Below, piece by piece: positions 9,724 to 19,579 of a stretch of DNA of 64,000 nucleotides. Position 1 is the stretch's first letter, and each line of letters opens with the position of its first letter. This stretch comes from an uncultured Muribaculaceae bacterium. Lineage in GTDB: Bacteria; Bacteroidota; Bacteroidia; Bacteroidales; UBA932. The stretch covers positions 47,079-111,078 of the forward strand of contig CAYLPY010000002.1 of NCBI GenBank assembly GCA_964385795.1, given 5' to 3'. The position numbers and the translations under genes are program-made. The notes beneath the pieces are model-generated. The model did no database searches. It saw nothing but the letters and a program-made list of their open reading frames with translations, and had not been told where the DNA came from.

Positions 9724-12333
9724 ATGGCAAAGAGAGGAGAAGACACACCTATGCTGAAGCATTATTTCAGCATCAAGGCTCAGCACCCGGAAGCACTGCT
9801 TCTGTACAGGGTTGGAGACTTTTACGAGACATATTCAGACGATGCGCTCCTTGCGAGCAAGGTCCTCGGACTTGTTCTTACGAAGCGTTCCAACGGCGAC
9901 AAGGGAAGCACCGAGATGGCTGGCTTCCCGCACCATGCCGTGGACTCCTACCTCCAGAAACTCGTGCGTGCCGGCTACAAGGTGGCTATCTGCGACCAGC
10001 TCGAGGATCCCGCTCTTGTCAAAAATAAGCTCGTCAAGAGGGGCGTCACAGAGATTCTGACTCCTGGAATTGCGTTCGGGGAAGGGATGCTCGAGCAGAA
10101 GGAGCACAACTTCCTCTGCGGCATCTCCCAGAAAGACGGCGAATGCGGAGCCGCGTTTCTGGACGTGTCCACCGGCACTTTCCAGCTCGCCCAGGGAAAG
10201 CCCGAGTACATCGGCACCCTCCTCTCGTCTTTCGCTCCGAAGGAACTCGTGATCCGAAGGGAGGATACCCGTACAGTCAAAGAACAGTTCGGAGACTTCT
10301 ATCTGACCACGCTCGACGAATGGGCCTTCGTTCAGGAGGCTGCCGAGGAAAGGCTGCGCAACCAGCTCAAAGTCAAGAATCTCAAGGGTTTTGCCGTGGA
10401 AGGCTATCCTCTTGCAGTCTGCGCTGCCGGCGCACTGCTCGTCTATCTTGAGCAAACCCGCCACTCTGGACTCGGCAACATCTGCTCCCTTTCAAGGATA
10501 GACTCGGACAAGTTCGTGTGGATGGACAAGTTCACCTTCCGCAATCTGGAAGTATTCCAAAGCAACGCCGGGAAGGATGGGGTCAGCCTTGTGGACTGCA
10601 TCGACAGATGCTGTTCCAGCATGGGGTCGCGGCTGCTCCGGCAATGGCTCGCGATGCCGATTATGGACATCAAAGCTCTCGAAGACAGATACGATATCGT
10701 CCAGCACTTCACCGGGAACGAAGATGCTCTCGAGGAACTGCGGACAGAAATCAGTGCCATAGGCGACCTCGAACGCATCCTCTCAAGGGCGGCCACAGGA
10801 AGGATTCTGCCTCGGGAACTTCTGCAGCTCGGGCGCTCGCTGGAGCACTCCGTGCCTTTCGGAAGAATCTGCGCTGAGTCCGGAATTCCGGCTCTGGTGA
10901 AACTTGTCTCAGGGATGAAGGACACGGCCAAAGTCCAAGCACTCATCACCGGCACTCTCGCCAACGAGCCGGCCGCGCAGCTTGGGAAAGGGGAAGTCAT
11001 CCGCGCCGGAGTGGACGCTGAACTCGACCGGCTGAGGGACATCTCGAAAGGCGGGAAGCAATACCTGTTCAGCATGCAGGAGCGCGAGTCGGAACGCACC
11101 GGCATCCCAGCACTCAAAATAGGATACAACAACGTCTTCGGCTACTATATCGAAGTCCGCAACGCCTCCAAGGACAAAGTCCCGATGGAGTGGGTGCGCA
11201 AGCAGACTCTTGTCAATGCGGAACGCTACATAACTCCGGAACTCAAAGAATATGAGGAGCAGATTCTCGGAGCGGAGAATTCGATTCTGGAGATTGAAAG
11301 CCGTACCTACGCCGCCCTCGTGGGCGAGGTGCAGAAGGCCATCCGCGACATCCAGAACAACTGCCGGATAATCTCCGCCCTCGATGTACTGCAGGGCTTT
11401 GCACGGCAGGCAGTGGACCACAACTACTGCAGGCCGCAGGTCGACAGGACGACTTCCCTTGAAATCAAGGCCGGAAGGCATCCGGTAATCGAGTCGCTGA
11501 TGAGTGCAGGAGAGGAATATGTCCCCAACGACCTTTCCATGGACAGCAAGGACGGCCAGATCTACCTCATCACTGGCCCCAACATGGCAGGAAAGTCGGC
11601 TCTGCTCAGGCAGACGGCACTCATCGTCCTGATGGCGCAGATAGGGTCGTTCGTCCCAGCACAGTCCGCAAGGTTCGGCTTCTTCGACAAGATATTCACC
11701 CGCGTAGGCGCGACTGACAACATCTCCCGGGGAGAGTCTACCTTCATGGTCGAGATGACGGAGACCGCCATGATCATGCATAACCTCTCCGCCCGTTCCC
11801 TCGTGCTTCTGGACGAGATTGGAAGGGGCACTTCGACATACGACGGCATGGCCATCGCACGCGCACTGGTGGAGCACATCCACAACGAGGGTAAAGGAGC
11901 CAAGACGCTCTTTGCCACCCACTACCACGAACTCAACGACCTCGAAGGCATCTACCCGCGCGTAAAGAACTACCACGTCGCTGTCAAGGAAGAGGGCAAG
12001 AACATCATCTTCCTCCGCAAGTTGGAGCGCGGCGGAGCTGCCAGGAGTTTCGGTATACATGTCGCAAGACTGGCCGGAATGCCGCGTGAAGTGGTGGAGT
12101 CGGCAGAGAAGACACTGCGCCTGCTGGAAAGCAAGGAGAAGCACGCCAGCAAGATGGATCTCAAGGACGACGGAAGCGTGCAGCTGTCGTTTTTCGAACT
12201 CGACGACCCGACGCTGTCCTCCATCCGCGAGAAGCTGGAAGGAGCCGACCTCAATAACATGACACCACTCCAGGCCTTCGACATGCTGCGCAGCATGAAG
12301 GACGAGCTCGGCATTGGCCGCAAGTCCGACTGA
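9724..12333 (+). CDS. mutS: DNA mismatch repair protein MutS
   Basis: TPMLKHY, LLYRVGDFYE, GPNMAGKS, STFMVEM, DEIGRGTST, FATHYHEL. Confidence 0.98.
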   Translation: MAKRGEDTPMLKHYFSIKAQHPEALLLYRVGDFYETYSDDALLASKVLGLVLTKRSNGDKGSTEMAGFPHHAVDSYLQKLVRAGYKVAICDQLEDPALVKNKLVKRGVTEILTPGIAFGEGMLEQKEHNFLCGISQKDGECGAAFLDVSTGTFQLAQGKPEYIGTLLSSFAPKELVIRREDTRTVKEQFGDFYLTTLDEWAFVQEAAEERLRNQLKVKNLKGFAVEGYPLAVCAAGALLVYLEQTRHSGLGNICSLSRIDSDKFVWMDKFTFRNLEVFQSNAGKDGVSLVDCIDRCCSSMGSRLLRQWLAMPIMDIKALEDRYDIVQHFTGNEDALEELRTEISAIGDLERILSRAATGRILPRELLQLGRSLEHSVPFGRICAESGIPALVKLVSGMKDTAKVQALITGTLANEPAAQLGKGEVIRAGVDAELDRLRDISKGGKQYLFSMQERESERTGIPALKIGYNNVFGYYIEVRNASKDKVPMEWVRKQTLVNAERYITPELKEYEEQILGAENSILEIESRTYAALVGEVQKAIRDIQNNCRIISALDVLQGFARQAVDHNYCRPQVDRTTSLEIKAGRHPVIESLMSAGEEYVPNDLSMDSKDGQIYLITGPNMAGKSALLRQTALIVLMAQIGSFVPAQSARFGFFDKIFTRVGATDNISRGESTFMVEMTETAMIMHNLSARSLVLLDEIGRGTSTYDGMAIARALVEHIHNEGKGAKTLFATHYHELNDLEGIYPRVKNYHVAVKEEGKNIIFLRKLERGGAARSFGIHVARLAGMPREVVESAEKTLRLLESKEKHASKMDLKDDGSVQLSFFELDDPTLSSIREKLEGADLNNMTPLQAFDMLRSMKDELGIGRKSD

Positions 12334-12495
12334 TTGGCAATATATTGCCACAGAAAGGACTTATTTCTCCAAGGAGACAAAAGCCTTTATTACGCAACAA
12401 GACGTCTCCTGCTTGAATTGGCTCTGCAATCACAAGGATGTTGATGCAGATCTCCTTACTGGGCAAAGTGGGCCGAATTGAGGCCAGACGGACGG

Positions 12496-12984
12496 CTACC
12501 GGCGGGCGTAGGTGACAAATTCAAAAGTGAGACCTGAGTTCTCGTCGCACAGAGTCTCCGAGCGTGATACTTCCTCCCATACAATCTCGTCTATCTCCGG
12601 GAAGAACGTATCCGCATCCTGGACCACGGTATGGATATGCGTCACAAACATCCGGTCAGCAAGACCGATTGCCTGCGCGTATACCGAAGCGCCGCCCATC
12701 ACGAAGCACTTCTGCGCCGGAGCGGCAAGCTCGAAAGCCTCCTGCAGTGAAGCTGCACGCACTACTCCCTCCGGGAAAGCGGTGGCACCCCTTGAGAGCA
12801 CAATGTTCTTCCTCCCCGGAAGAGGCCTCCCGATTGAGTCGAAAGTGGTCCGGCCCATTATCACAGGGTGACCGAGAGTGGTTCTCCTGAAGAATTTCAG
12901 ATCCTCGCCTACATGCCACGGCATGACTCCCCCGCAGCCTATCGCGAGATTGTCGGAGATTGCCACGATGATGCACTTTTCCAT
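12496..12984 (-). CDS. folA: Dihydrofolate reductase
   Basis: MPWHVGEDLKFF, VIMGRTTFDSIGRPLPGRKNIVLS, GGASVY, DTFFP. Confidence 0.96.
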   Translation of the reverse strand: MEKCIIVAISDNLAIGCGGVMPWHVGEDLKFFRRTTLGHPVIMGRTTFDSIGRPLPGRKNIVLSRGATAFPEGVVRAASLQEAFELAAPAQKCFVMGGASVYAQAIGLADRMFVTHIHTVVQDADTFFPEIDEIVWEEVSRSETLCDENSGLTFEFVTYARR

Positions 12985-12988
12985 AGCC

Positions 12989-13783
12989 CTAAACCGCCAC
13001 AGGAGCCTTTATTGTCGGCCACGGATCGTAGTCTTCAAGAGCGAAGTCCTCGTATCGGAAATCGAAGACAGACTTGACATCCGGATTGAGCTTCATCCTC
13101 GGAAGAGGACGCGGAGTGCGCGAAAGCTGCTCGCGGACCTGGTCGAAGTGGTTAAGGTAGATGTGCGTGTCGCCGGTCGTATGTATGAACTCCCCCGGCT
13201 GCAGACCGCAGCACTGGGCAATCATCATGGTGAGAAGCGAATAGGACGCTATGTTGAACGGGACACCGAGGAAAGTATCGGCACTACGCTGGTAGAGCTG
13301 ACAGTTCAGACGTCCGTCCGCGACATAGAACTGGAACAGACAGTGGCATGGCGGTAAGGCCATCTTGTCGACCTCCCCGGGATTCCACGCACTGACTATC
13401 ATCCGCCGGGAGTCAGGGTTACGGTGTATAGTGTCGATGACCTCGGAGAGCTGGTCGATGCTTCTTCCGTCCGGAGAAGGCCAGCTGCGCCACTGATGGC
13501 CGTAGACAGGTCCGAGATTGCCGCTCTCGTCAGCCCACTCGTCCCAGATGGAAACCCCGTGATCCTTGAGGAAGCCGATGTTGGTGTCGCCGCTGATGAA
13601 CCACAGGAGCTCGTAGATGATGGACTTCAGGTGCACTTTCTTGGTGGTTAGTAGCGGGAATCCCTCGCCGAGGTCAAAGCGCATCTGATGCCCGAAAATG
13701 CTTTTCGTTCCGACTCCGGTGCGGTCGTGCTTGACAGTGCCAGTGTCCATTATTTCCTGAAGAAGGTCGAGGTACTGTCTCAT
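12989..13783 (-). CDS. thyA: Thymidylate synthase
   Basis: [34 protein letters not shown]. Confidence 0.98.
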   Translation of the reverse strand: MRQYLDLLQEIMDTGTVKHDRTGVGTKSIFGHQMRFDLGEGFPLLTTKKVHLKSIIYELLWFISGDTNIGFLKDHGVSIWDEWADESGNLGPVYGHQWRSWPSPDGRSIDQLSEVIDTIHRNPDSRRMIVSAWNPGEVDKMALPPCHCLFQFYVADGRLNCQLYQRSADTFLGVPFNIASYSLLTMMIAQCCGLQPGEFIHTTGDTHIYLNHFDQVREQLSRTPRPLPRMKLNPDVKSVFDFRYEDFALEDYDPWPTIKAPVAV

Positions 13784-14844
13784 TTCTCAACTCCGAAAGC
13801 AAAGATGATAGCCTCATGAAGCACCTCCCCCGGACGGAGGACAGTGTCGGGATAGTCCGGCCTATTAGGACTGTCCGGAAAATGTTGGCACTCGAGAGCG
13901 ATGCCGTCATAGTCGTGATAGATTCTGCCCCGCTTCCCGAGAGGAGAGCCGCCGAGCCAGTTGCCGGTATAGACCTGGATGCCCGGCTGCGTGGTGTAGA
14001 CCTTGAGAGTGCGGCCGCTCTGTCTGGAGAAAAGTTCCGCAGCCTCATTGAGTTGTCCCGGCAGGTAGTCATCGAGCACCCAGCAGGCATCATAGCCCTT
14101 GCCGTAGTTCAGAGCTGGAAAATCCTTCTTGATGTCGCGCCCAAGGGTCTTCGCCGTGATGAAATCCATCGGCGTGCCGGCCACAGGCTCGGAATCCCCG
14201 AGAGGAATCAGAGTCTCGTCGGTCGGGAGATACTCGGAAGCATTGAGTTTCAGATAGTGCCTCAGCACGGAGCCGCGACCGTTGAGGTTGAAGTAACAGT
14301 GGTTGGTGAGATTGACCACGGTAGGAGCACTGCTTTTCGCAGAGAAGGTCAGCCTCAGTTCGTTCTCCTCGCTCCACTCGTAACGGACCACAAGGACAAG
14401 GTCACCCGGGTATCCCATCTCCCCGTCCGGAGAGACGTACTTGAACTCCACTCCGCCCTTGTGTTTGCGTGATTCCCAGACTTTGTTCTGGAAACCGTCA
14501 GGACCGCCGTGCAGGTGGTTGGGGCCATTATTGACAGGAAGGGTGTATTCTGTGCCGTCGAGGGAGAACTTGCCCTTCGCTATGCGGTTGGCGAACCTGC
14601 CTGGGCACTTGCCGAGACAAGGACCGTCGCCGAAGTAGCTCTCCGGCCTGGAGTAACCGAGGACTACATCGGAAAGCTTTCCGTCCTTGTCCGGGACATT
14701 GACGGAGAGGATTGCCGCTCCGAGATTGCACACCACTGCGGAGGCACCGCTTCCGTTGGTGAGGACATATTTGTAAATTTCACGTCCGTCGGACGTCTTT
14801 GACCAAAGTTTTCTCTTGATTGTTGACATATACAGTTTTTTCAT
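13780..14844 (-). CDS. galM: Aldose 1-epimerase (galactose mutarotase)
   Basis: [38 protein letters not shown]. Confidence 0.95.
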   Translation of the reverse strand: MKKLYMSTIKRKLWSKTSDGREIYKYVLTNGSGASAVVCNLGAAILSVNVPDKDGKLSDVVLGYSRPESYFGDGPCLGKCPGRFANRIAKGKFSLDGTEYTLPVNNGPNHLHGGPDGFQNKVWESRKHKGGVEFKYVSPDGEMGYPGDLVLVVRYEWSEENELRLTFSAKSSAPTVVNLTNHCYFNLNGRGSVLRHYLKLNASEYLPTDETLIPLGDSEPVAGTPMDFITAKTLGRDIKKDFPALNYGKGYDACWVLDDYLPGQLNEAAELFSRQSGRTLKVYTTQPGIQVYTGNWLGGSPLGKRGRIYHDYDGIALECQHFPDSPNRPDYPDTVLRPGEVLHEAIIFAFGVEK

Positions 14845-15812
14845 TTGAGTTCCATTCCTTCCCGAATCTGATCGAGACGCATGAGGACAAATTCCACAGG
14901 GGCATCCTTATAGATCACTCTCTTTTGGGAATCAAGCAGATACAGCGAAGGTATCGCCCGGACGAAGTAGAGGTCATCCTGCCTTATCAGCCCCTTCCAG
15001 TCATAGCCGCAGACCCAGTTGCGGGGATAGTTGTGCTCGTACTCCTTCCACTTGTCAACCTCCTCGTCGATATAGATATTGACAACGGCCACTTCCCCGT
15101 CCGCAATCATCGAGTCCAGATAGCTGCGGGTGCCGAGCTGGTCTATGATTTCCTTGCAGGCTTCGCATCCTGGGTTGCTGAAGAACAGCAGCGTGTAGCG
15201 GGCATTCACTCCGTAGAGATTGCGGATATTGCCGGAGATGTCCTTGAACCGGAAATCGGGGACCTTTGCCCCATAAGGGTTGAGAAGACACTTTTCAAGT
15301 TCGAAACGATAGCCCGCGAGTTTATCGGGAGCAGTGAACGGAGAGTTTACAAGCCCTTCTACCAAAGGAAGATACAAGTCTTCGCTCCTGAATGGGGAGT
15401 TCGGATCATAGAGGTACTTTCCGAAAATCTCAGTTATCTGGAGGTAGAAGGTGGAGGATGTGTCGCGTTGCTGCACTTTTTCTATGTTCGAGAATATCGA
15501 CTTGATGTGCTTCTGCGCTTCCGGGACGGGGAGGGTATGGAGAAGCATGATGTAATAGCCGGCCGTCTCCATCACCTCGGAACGCTTTACACCGAGAATC
15601 TGCAGCGAATCGGACTGACCCTTGCCTGCGAAGAAAGCATCCCAGCAGTGGTTCAGCATGTAGTTTTTCTGTTCCTCCTCGGAAGTGATGAGCGAAGGGA
15701 CTGAAATCGACGGGAAATCCGCCCCAACCGCCGTGCTGCCGGCATTCTTTCCCTTCTGGGTGCATGAAAGCACGGAAAGCAGGAGCGCGAAAACCGCAAA
15801 TGTTCTTTTCAT
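14841..15812 (-). CDS. Lipoprotein, DUF5106-like domain plus thioredoxin-like domain with CxxC
   Basis: Lipobox LLSVLSC; YLYDPNSPFRSE; C-terminal TlpA/AhpC-like PDFRF...LLFFSNPGCEAC...IPSLYLLD. Confidence 0.75.
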   Translation of the reverse strand: MKRTFAVFALLLSVLSCTQKGKNAGSTAVGADFPSISVPSLITSEEEQKNYMLNHCWDAFFAGKGQSDSLQILGVKRSEVMETAGYYIMLLHTLPVPEAQKHIKSIFSNIEKVQQRDTSSTFYLQITEIFGKYLYDPNSPFRSEDLYLPLVEGLVNSPFTAPDKLAGYRFELEKCLLNPYGAKVPDFRFKDISGNIRNLYGVNARYTLLFFSNPGCEACKEIIDQLGTRSYLDSMIADGEVAVVNIYIDEEVDKWKEYEHNYPRNWVCGYDWKGLIRQDDLYFVRAIPSLYLLDSQKRVIYKDAPVEFVLMRLDQIREGMELK

Positions 15813-15895
15813 TGCCTCAAACCGTTGTTACAAAATGACCCCCCTAATTTACGAATCTTATTCTTATTTTAGCACCTCCGAATGTTGATGAACAG

Positions 15896-18748
15896 ATGAA
15901 CTCATTCCCAAAACTCAAGACGTCGCTTGTCCTCTGCGTCCTCGCAGCAGCCTGCTGGACTGCCGACGCCCAATTCTATGTGTCCGGAACTGAACCTTCT
16001 TCTGCCAGATGGATGTACGTCGAGACTCCTTCATTCAAGGTGATATACCCCAGAGGGACGGATTCACTCGCAATAGAATATGCCAAGACCCTCGAGAGAG
16101 TATCGCTCCGCGTGGGCAGCAGCGCCGGATTCTCGCCGAACTCCTGCTTCAGAACTCCGATGCCTGTCCTTCTTAGACCATACGCGGCAGTCTCGAACGG
16201 ACAGGTGGTGTGGACTCCGAGGAGAATGGAGCTATACTCCCAGCCAGACCCTTTCTGGTCTGAACCGACCCCTTGGGAGAAGCAACTCATCGTACACGAG
16301 TCACGGCACGCAGCCCAGATGCAGTTCACGATGGCCAGACCGTTCAGGTTTTTCAACATACTCACCGGCCAGCTCGCCGCAGGAGCATTCTCTGCCATGT
16401 ACACCGACCCTGCTTTCCTCGAAGGAGATGCCGTCGCAACCGAGACAGCACTCAGCCACGGCGGACGCGGACGTAGCGCGGATTTCCTCGAATACTACCG
16501 CATCAGCTTTGCCGAAGGAGACCTGAGAGACTACTGGAAGTGGAGATACGGTTCGCAGAAGAACTACACCCCAAGCTACTATCAGGTCGGATACATAGCC
16601 CACGCCGGCATCCGCACCTTGTACTCCAAGCCCGACTTCACCGCATACTATTTTGGAAGAATCCGCGACAACCACGGTTTCGCCCTGCTCGGCAGGAGCG
16701 TGAGAAAGGTCAGCGGCAAGAGTTTCAACCGGACTTTCAGAGAGATAAGCGACTCTCTTGCAAGCTTCTGGGAGCATAACGACTCGCTCCGCGGACCTTT
16801 CATGGAGACCGGCACGCTCGTCGAAAGCCCTAAGAGGTTCTTCGAAGTATTCAGCGGCCTTGAATATGCCGACGGCCGGATCTTCGCAGTCAGAAGCAGC
16901 CTCACGTCCCCTGCGGAACTTGTGGAGATTTCTCCGGAAGGCAAGGTCAGAAGACTCTCGGACTTCGCCCCGTCCTTCTCCGGACTCCGCTACGACGCAA
17001 GCAGCGGACGACTCTTCTGGACAGAGTATTCCAAAGACCTTCGCTGGGAACAGAAGTCTTCCTCCGACCTTTTCAGACGGGACAGCAGCGGACGCAAGCG
17101 CCGGCTCACCAGAGGCCTGAGACTCTATCACCCGGCCCCTTCTCCGGACGGCAGGACGGTAGCCGTGACCGAGTACCCTTTCGAAGGAGGAAGTCTCGTC
17201 CGTCTGGTTGACTCGGAAGACGGCAGGACGATGGGGACAATTAAGGCCCCGGACGGGATGCAGATTGTCCAGACGGCATGGGTGGGTGAAGAACTGTATG
17301 CCGACATCCTCTCGGACGAGGGGTACGGAATCTATCGTCTGCCTGACTTCAGCTGTGTGCTTGAACCTGAGCATGTCAAGATAAAGCAGCTCCGGGGCGG
17401 AGCTGGCAGGCTCTATTTCACCTGCGACCTCAGCGGAGTGGACGAAATTTACACTCTCTCCACAGACGGGACGTTGCAGAGACTCACGAGCACACGCCTC
17501 GGAGCTTCGGACTTCACCTTTAACGAGGAAGGCAAAATCCTGTTTTTCACATCGTTGAGAAAACGAGGCAGAGGTATCGACTTCCTTCCGGTGGACTCTC
17601 TCCGCTTCGAGTCGGTGGATTTCTCTCCAGAAGAAGGAGCATATCCGTTCACAGATGCACTAAGCCAGGCGGAGCAGCAGATAGACTACGGCGCTCCGGT
17701 GACGGTCGGGAAGCCAAGAAGATACAGCAAAGCAACCAACCTGCTGCAGTTGCACTCTTGGTTTCCGCTGTATATCGATTACGACGCTGTCGACCTCAGC
17801 AGCGGAGCTTCCGTAACAAGCATCGCCGGTCTCGGAGCAACACTGTTTTTCCAGAACACTCTCGGAAGTTTCTATGGCACGGCGGCCTACAAGGCAAGCC
17901 ACAAAACAGGGAAATGGTGGCACTCCGGACATCTTTCGTTCACCTACAAAGGACTTTATCCTGTCTTCGAGGGCAAACTGGACTTCGGCGATGGGAACGC
18001 CTCCGTCACCAGCATAGAACAAGTGACGGACGAGTCCGGACAGCCAAAGAACGTCCTCCGCATGGACAGCAGAGGAATTCCCCTGCTCAACGCCAGTCTC
18101 AGGACATACGTGCCGCTGTCAAGTTCCACAGGCGGGTGGCGATATGGAGTTGTTCCGTTGCTGAAGATGCAGTACAGCAACAATCTGCTCAGCTATCACG
18201 GAGAAAACAGTATCTATCTGTTCAACATACTCAGTGCCAGAGGCTACATCATGGAAAGCACCACCCCTTCGTCGAGGATATGGCCACGCCTGGGCATCGG
18301 TGCGGAACTCGGCTACCAGGGTCTGACATTCGCCCACGACGCATTTAGGTCCAACAACTTCTACACCTATCTCTACGGCTATCTTCCTGGCCTCTACAAG
18401 ACCCACGGGCTGAAACTGACAGGACTCTGCACCTTCGGCTCTTCCATCTTGCTGACTGCGGACTACGCCATGCCATTCGCCTCCGTAGACTGGTCAGGAC
18501 TCTGCCCTGTGGCATATCTGCGCAACTTCGAGCTTCTGCCTCACGCTGAACTGACGGCCATGCTTCCGAAAGGCGCAAAGCTGTATAAAGTAGGCACAGA
18601 CCTCGTGGCCAGGCTCGAGAACTTCCTGTGGATTCCATACACGGTACGTATCGGGTTGACGTACAGATACACTGGAAGCCTCGCTGACGAGGCTTCCTTC
18701 TCAAGTTCTCCACATAGCTTTGGGCTTACCATGAGCGTGGAGATGTAA
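15896..18748 (+). CDS. Outer-membrane protein with N-terminal zinc-metallopeptidase-like domain, TolB-like beta-propeller and C-terminal beta-barrel
   Basis: Signal peptide; HESRH...EGDAV gluzincin pattern; propeller repeats (PAPSPDGRTVAVT); alternating aromatic beta-strands at the C-terminus. Confidence 0.65.
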   Translation: MNSFPKLKTSLVLCVLAAACWTADAQFYVSGTEPSSARWMYVETPSFKVIYPRGTDSLAIEYAKTLERVSLRVGSSAGFSPNSCFRTPMPVLLRPYAAVSNGQVVWTPRRMELYSQPDPFWSEPTPWEKQLIVHESRHAAQMQFTMARPFRFFNILTGQLAAGAFSAMYTDPAFLEGDAVATETALSHGGRGRSADFLEYYRISFAEGDLRDYWKWRYGSQKNYTPSYYQVGYIAHAGIRTLYSKPDFTAYYFGRIRDNHGFALLGRSVRKVSGKSFNRTFREISDSLASFWEHNDSLRGPFMETGTLVESPKRFFEVFSGLEYADGRIFAVRSSLTSPAELVEISPEGKVRRLSDFAPSFSGLRYDASSGRLFWTEYSKDLRWEQKSSSDLFRRDSSGRKRRLTRGLRLYHPAPSPDGRTVAVTEYPFEGGSLVRLVDSEDGRTMGTIKAPDGMQIVQTAWVGEELYADILSDEGYGIYRLPDFSCVLEPEHVKIKQLRGGAGRLYFTCDLSGVDEIYTLSTDGTLQRLTSTRLGASDFTFNEEGKILFFTSLRKRGRGIDFLPVDSLRFESVDFSPEEGAYPFTDALSQAEQQIDYGAPVTVGKPRRYSKATNLLQLHSWFPLYIDYDAVDLSSGASVTSIAGLGATLFFQNTLGSFYGTAAYKASHKTGKWWHSGHLSFTYKGLYPVFEGKLDFGDGNASVTSIEQVTDESGQPKNVLRMDSRGIPLLNASLRTYVPLSSSTGGWRYGVVPLLKMQYSNNLLSYHGENSIYLFNILSARGYIMESTTPSSRIWPRLGIGAELGYQGLTFAHDAFRSNNFYTYLYGYLPGLYKTHGLKLTGLCTFGSSILLTADYAMPFASVDWSGLCPVAYLRNFELLPHAELTAMLPKGAKLYKVGTDLVARLENFLWIPYTVRIGLTYRYTGSLADEASFSSSPHSFGLTMSVEM

Positions 18749-18763
18749 GAAACTTCCGTCAGG

Positions 18764-19579
18764 CTATACTCCGCTGAACGAGCTGAATCCGCCATCCACC
18801 GGAAGAACCACTCCGGTGACGAAACCGGCGGCCTCGCTGCAGAGGAATTGCGCTGCACCGTTGAGTTCAGTCAAATCGCCGAAGCGGCGCATCGGGGTCT
18901 TGGCAATCACTTTCACGGACCTTTCCGTAAGAGAGCCGTCCTCGTTGAGAAGCGCAGCCCTGTTCTGTTTGCCGATGAAGAACCCTGGAGCAAGAGCATT
19001 GACCCTGATTTTCGGGCTGTACTTGAGCGCCATCTCTGCCGCAAGCCAGCGGGTGAAGTTGGACACGCCCTCCTTGGCAGCTCCATATCCGGCCACCCTC
19101 GTAAGAGCGTCATATGCTGCCATGGAGGATATGTTCAGGATGCAGCCGTAACCCTGGGATGCAAACACTTCGGTGAAGACGTGGCAAGGATAGACAGTCC
19201 CGTTGAGATTGAGGTCCAGAACCTTTGTCCAATCCTCCAGTTTCATATCCCAGAAATTCTGGTCCGGCATCACGTTGGCACCCGCCACGTTGCCTCCGGC
19301 TACGTTGATTAGGATGTCCACGCGGGAATAGTCCTCGATAACTTTCTCCGCTATACTCTTAAGCTGCTCCACATCAAGGACATTGCAGGCATAGGCGCAA
19401 GGATTGCCGCCTAGAGCCTTGAGTGCCTCACAGGTGGGAGCGACCTGCTCCTCCCTGTGCACGAGAGCCACCACATCGGCTCCCTGAGATGCGAAATGCC
19501 GGGCGAGAGAACCTCCCAACGCTCCTGCAGCACCGCTGATGACAGCAACTTTGCCGACTACGGAGTAAAGTTCATTCAT
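18764..19579 (-). CDS. uxuB: D-mannonate oxidoreductase (SDR family)
   Basis: GAAGALG, NVAGGN, YGAAK, NALAPGFFIGKQNR; overlaps uxuA by 4 bp. Confidence 0.85.
   Translation of the reverse strand: MNELYSVVGKVAVISGAAGALGGSLARHFASQGADVVALVHREEQVAPTCEALKALGGNPCAYACNVLDVEQLKSIAEKVIEDYSRVDILINVAGGNVAGANVMPDQNFWDMKLEDWTKVLDLNLNGTVYPCHVFTEVFASQGYGCILNISSMAAYDALTRVAGYGAAKEGVSNFTRWLAAEMALKYSPKIRVNALAPGFFIGKQNRAALLNEDGSLTERSVKVIAKTPMRRFGDLTELNGAAQFLCSEAAGFVTGVVLPVDGGFSSFSGV

Noticed and set aside
12251-12466. 71-aa minus-strand ORF in the mutS/folA spacer
   Set aside because: Overlaps the mutS 3' end, has no promoter and no recognisable motif.
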